64,000 bases of DNA from an uncultured Actinomycetota bacterium (GTDB lineage Bacteria; Actinomycetota; Actinomycetes; JAFAQI01): positions 64,001 to 128,000 of the forward strand of contig CAVYQE010000001.1 of the NCBI GenBank assembly GCA_963770565.1, read 5' to 3'. The notes below the pieces were generated by a model. It worked only from the letters and a program-made list of their open reading frames with translations. It did not search any database and was not told where the DNA came from. A program made the translations under genes and the position numbers. Shown here piece by piece: positions 58,786 to 64,000 of the stretch (position 1 is its first letter; every line of letters begins with the position of its first letter).

Positions 58786-60288
58786 ATGCCCCGCTACATC
58801 CTCGCTCTCGATCAAGGCACGAGTTCCAGTCGGGCGATCGTGTTCGGGCATGATGGCCGGGAGGTGGCGCAGGCGCAGCAGGAGTTTCCGCAGATTTTGC
58901 CCGCGCCGGGGATCGTCGAGCATGATCCGGAGGCGATTTGGTCTTCGCAATTGATGGTCGCTCGCGAGGCGATGCATCGCGGCGGCGTGGCGGCGGCCGA
59001 TCTGGCGGCGATCGGCGTGACGAATCAGCGCGAGACGACCATTCTATGGGAACGCGATAGCGGCCGGCCGGTGGCCAATGCCATCGTCTGGCAAAGCCGC
59101 GTCACCGCCCCCGAGTGCGAGCGGCTCAAGGCTCAGGGGCTCGAGACGCTGTTTCGCGAAAAGACCGGTTTGGTGCTCGACGCCTATTTTTCGGGAACCA
59201 AGATCAAGCATCTCCTCGATGCCGACGCCGGCCTGCGCCGCCGGGCCGAGGCGGGCGAGATTCTGTTCGGCACCGTCGATTCGTTTCTCATCTGGCGGCT
59301 CAGCGGCGGGCGGCGGCATGTGACCGACGTGAGCAACGCCAGCCGCACGCTGATCTTCAACATCCACACGCTCGATTGGGACGAAGAACTGCTCGCCCTG
59401 CTCGCCATCCCGCGACAGATGCTGCCCGAAGTGCGCCCCTCGAGCGAAGTTTACTGTCGCGCCGCGGCCGAATGGCTCGGCGCCGAGGTGCCGATCGGCG
59501 GTTGCGCCGGCGATCAACAGGCCGCGACATTCGGACAAGCTTGTTTTGAAATCGGCGCCGCCAAGAACACCTATGGCACCGGCTGCTTTCTGTTGCTCAA
59601 CACGGGCCCCCGCCCCGTCGCCTCGGCCAGCGGCCTGCTCACGACGATCGGTTGGCAGATCGGCGGCCGAACGACGTATTGCCTGGAGGGTTCGGTGTTC
59701 ATCGCCGGGGCGGCGGTCCAGTGGCTTCGCGATGGGCTGGGGTTGATTCGCAATTCGGCGGAGATCGGGCCGCTCGCGGCGTCGGTTCCCGACGCCGGAG
59801 GAGTCGTCTTCGTGCCCGCGCTGGTCGGGCTCGGCGCGCCCTATTGGGATCCCTATGCCCGTGGGACGATCCTCGGCTTGAGCCGCGGCACGACCGCCGC
59901 GCACTTGGCGCGGGCGGCGGTCGAGGCGATGGCTTTTCAGACGCGCGATTTGCTCGAAGCGATGCAGCACGACGCCGGCGTCAGGCTGGCCCAGTTGAAA
60001 GTGGATGGCGGGGCGAGCGTCAACGATGACCTCCTGCAATTTCAGGCCGACTTGCTCGCTGTCGATGTGCTGCGGCCGGTCGTGGCCGAGACGACGGCGC
60101 TTGGGGCCGCGTATCTGGCGGGGTTGGCCGTCGGCTATTGGGACAATCTCGAGGATGTCGCGCGGAATTGGCTGCTCGAGCGGCGGTTCGCTCCGGCGAT
60201 GGCGGCCGAGTTGCGAGAGCGGCGCTATCGGGAGTGGCGACGAGGCGTCGAGCGGGCGCGAGCTTGGGCGGTGGATGAGGAGATTTGA
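58786..60288 (+). CDS. glpK: Glycerol kinase
   Basis: [46 protein letters not shown]. Confidence 0.97.
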   Translation: MPRYILALDQGTSSSRAIVFGHDGREVAQAQQEFPQILPAPGIVEHDPEAIWSSQLMVAREAMHRGGVAAADLAAIGVTNQRETTILWERDSGRPVANAIVWQSRVTAPECERLKAQGLETLFREKTGLVLDAYFSGTKIKHLLDADAGLRRRAEAGEILFGTVDSFLIWRLSGGRRHVTDVSNASRTLIFNIHTLDWDEELLALLAIPRQMLPEVRPSSEVYCRAAAEWLGAEVPIGGCAGDQQAATFGQACFEIGAAKNTYGTGCFLLLNTGPRPVASASGLLTTIGWQIGGRTTYCLEGSVFIAGAAVQWLRDGLGLIRNSAEIGPLAASVPDAGGVVFVPALVGLGAPYWDPYARGTILGLSRGTTAAHLARAAVEAMAFQTRDLLEAMQHDAGVRLAQLKVDGGASVNDDLLQFQADLLAVDVLRPVVAETTALGAAYLAGLAVGYWDNLEDVARNWLLERRFAPAMAAELRERRYREWRRGVERARAWAVDEEI

Positions 60289-60340
60289 GATTTGAGATTT
60301 GAGATTTGAGATTTCAGATTTGAGATTTGAGATTTGAAAT
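60279..60340. repeat. Heptamer tract (ATTTGAG)n overlapping the glpK stop
   Basis: About 8 copies of gatttga. Confidence 0.9.
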
Positions 60341-60854
60341 CCGAATCCGGATCGGGTGAAAATCGTTCGCACATTCCTCTTGCGGGCCGGCCGGCGTCGC
60401 CGCAAAATAGTGTTGCTGCTCATGTCTCAAGCGCTTTCCGCGATAGCTTCCCTGGCAGGAGTTTTCGATGAAGAGCTTGTCGAAGTCGCTGCGGTCGGTG
60501 GCCGCTGTTCTGAAGCGATTCTTGGGCGGGCACAGGGGCAAGCGATTGCCCTCGGATTTGCCCCCCAATTCCGTGCCGCGCACGCCTGTCATCCAGCCGG
60601 TCGGCGATCGGCAGCGGGTTTGGTCGGCTCGAAAGAGATATTGAGCCGGGGGGAGCGGGAGCATTCGCGCCGGGAGCCTGTCGAAGAACCGGCCGCAGCG
60701 AGATGGTGCTCGCCGCGAAAGGGGTCGGGAGTCGATTTCGCCCGCTGAACGACCCGTAGTGCCAACCGGCGTCTTGGCGAAATCGACTCCCGACCCCCTT
60801 TGGGCAACGCCTGCGGGAAAACGAGCCAGACCGTTCCGGTTCTCGGACAGGTTC

Positions 60855-62076
60855 CTAGCGGACGGCGGCGTGGGGCGGGTTTTCCGCTTGACGCACTTCC
60901 GCGGCGTAGCGACGCGGATTGTGTTGGAATCGTTCGAGCGTCTCGCCGTTGGCAAACAGATACATCCGTTTGTCGAAGAAGATGCCGAATTCGCGCCGGC
61001 CGCGAACCAATTGCCCCTTGTCGAAAGCCAGCACCGCGTCGTTGCCCGACAGCGCCGGCGCGAAGCGGTCGGGATTCGTCAGGAATCGCTTTTGCTCGCC
61101 CGGCCCGAGAAACAAATAGGTGATGCCGCGATGGACCACGCCCCACCGCGGATCGCCGCGAACCCAGCAGCGCGGATCGTCCGGCGCGGTATTCGACCGC
61201 TCGACGAGCGTCACCGGGCAGAAGCCATCCAGCCCTAGCGGCGGCGCGGCCGGCGGAATCGCCGGGCGGCCGACGACGAACTGCGGATGAACCGCCGCCC
61301 CGCGCGGCGCGGCGGCATACGAACTCGGCGGGGCATTGGCGGCCACCGCATGACTGGCTGGCGGTTGAGGCGGATTCGGCGCGGCAGCAACCGTCGCGGC
61401 CGGGGCCGTCGCGGCCGGCGTGGGGGCAATGCTCAGCGCCGACGGATTGGCCGCCGCATCGCGATTGAGATAGGCGGCGTAGTTGCTTTGCGAATAGACC
61501 GACATCCCGGCCGGATCGGCCACCGGCCCAGCCGCGGCGACGGCTGCCGGACCAGTCGCCACGGGTCGATAGGGGCTGCCCGCGGCGGCGGCCCGAGGTG
61601 GCTGAGTTTGTCGATTGGCAAACTGCCCGCCTGGCGGCGCGGCGGCCGCGGCGATGGCGTTTGCCGCCGCAGCCGCTTGATCGAGTTGAGCCAAATACTT
61701 GCCCGGGTCTTGTGGGCACCCGAGCCGGTAGAGCATGCGCCCGCCGGGCGTCATGATGACATCGGTGGGAAAGCAGCTCGATACCGTAGAGCCGCGAGGT
61801 CGCGGGATAATCGTCGGCATTGATTCGGACGGTCACGAAGCGGGCTTGCATGGCGCGTCCGACACCCGGCTTGGCGAAGACATTGGTTTCGAGTTTGCGG
61901 CAATAGATGCAATCGTTCATCACGAAATGAATCAGCACCAAGCGATGAGTTTGGGCCGCGACTTGCCGGGCCGTTTCGAGATTGGCCTCCCAATGCGGAC
62001 CTTCCTCGGCCGCCGCCAAGGAAATCAGCGGCACCAAGACGAGAATCGTCGACACCAACCACCGGCTTGCCCGCAT
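60855..62076 (-). CDS. Exported thioredoxin-like protein with C-terminal YHS-like domain (frameshifted)
   Basis: Signal peptide, CIYC motif, LDGFCPVTL, FLTNPDRFAP, FQHNPRRY. Confidence 0.78.
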
Positions 62077-62307
62077 GGCGATACCCCGTGTTCCCTAGGT
62101 GGGGAGTTTGTTCGATGAAAAGCTTCAGAGTCCGTTATCGGGCGGGCAAGGTTGTCTGGTCGTATAAAAACTGCCGATTGTTCGGGAATTGTCGATTTCC
62201 CCTAATTGGTATGGGGTTGATGGGAATGGCCAAATGGCAAGCTCGGCAAGATCGACGGGTTGGAGAAAAAAGTTCGAAGTTTTGTGGCGATGGGCTCTAC
62301 GGACCGC

Positions 62308-62335
62308 TTGACATGGGCCGACAACTGACTATGAT
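62308..62335 (+). promoter_or_regulatory. Sigma70-type promoter
   Basis: TTGACA, 16 bp, TATGAT. Confidence 0.6.
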
Positions 62336-63201
62336 TGGGCGCAGATCGAGTTCTGACTAGCAGTTAAGCCTAGCAGTCAGGTGTAGCCAGTCGCTGCGGA
62401 ATCGAGCGACTGCCCCTCGCGACCGGAGGTCAACCCTTTGTGGGTCGCAAGGTGTCGGGGGAGTTAAAGACGCTTCTAATCTGATTCCTGCTCCCGGCCG
62501 GCAATGTCTTGCTCCTGAGTTTTTTCTCCGGAAGCGAGCGAGTTGTTGGCGAGGTTGTTTCGGCATCGCATTTGCAAATCAATGCTGACGATGCCGACGC
62601 GGCTGGGCAGGTATCCCACGTTGGTCCGTGCCGGCCGAATGGATTTCGGCCTTGGGCATGGTCTGCCCGTGGCGGGTGAGGAGCGGTCCGCCATAGCGCT
62701 CGCTCTAGGCATCTTTGCCGGAATTTGCATACAGGTTATCAGTCTAAAGAGGCTGTTTTTCTCTCTTATTCCCGACAGCGCACCGTAGGAGTCCCGTAGC
62801 CAATTCGCTGGAATTCGATTGCCCAGGTTGCCCGAACCAGGGAATTTTTGCGAATTCCGCTACAAGGTGCGCTGTCGTATTAACAGGCTGGCCGATTCGC
62901 GCGCCTGTCGAGGCGACAGCCCTATCGCCGCCGAGAGACGGAGTGCGGTTTTTGGATCCGTCGGATGACGGCTAGTGTTCTCGTTTTCGCCTCGCGGCGA
63001 AATCGGCTGTTTTCGGACCGGATATCGTCGGTCTTTCATGCCAATCAAGGCTGCCGCAAGTTGGCCAGGCGACTGCTCGCGGGCGAAGGTTCGCGGGCGA
63101 AGTGCGCCTGCATCGTTGAATGCGCATGCAGAGTGTTTGTCGCGCTGCCAGGGTGGTGGTGTCGTATCTGTTTTCAAGGATCGGGTCTTCAGGTGAATTC
63201 C

Positions 63202-64000
<799 letters not shown>

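Overview
GC-rich bacterial chromosome segment, most likely from a planctomycete (inferred from DUF1501 and SHD1 proteins, TadE/TadG pairs, and a 23S-5S unit with no 16S gene). Many conserved genes (mutL, ilvB, thyX, feoB, modBC, GH15) are split by single-base frameshifts, which looks like uncorrected long-read indel error, so several CDS coordinates are stitched across frames. Main content: (1) a minus-strand 23S-5S rRNA unit whose 23S carries two group I introns (E. coli positions L1917 and L1951, 34-nt middle exon); the second encodes a LAGLIDADG homing endonuclease whose stop codon straddles the 3' splice site. (2) A lower-GC island at the mutL 3' end: C5 DNA methyltransferase, DUF262/GmrS-like protein, HEPN protein and Vsr, with no recognisable type II restriction endonuclease. 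(3) An orphan Rhs C-terminal toxin with an immunity-like gene train punctuated by a conserved palindrome, including one gene with integron-cassette hallmarks. (4) A 5 x ~167-bp palindromic tandem array, several MITE families, many REP-like palindromes and heptamer tracts. (5) Housekeeping and transport genes: ribBA, ilvB, tad-like genes, an ABC exporter, feoAAB, modABC, ATP-grasp/alpha-E plus transglutaminase, thyX, glpK and rho.
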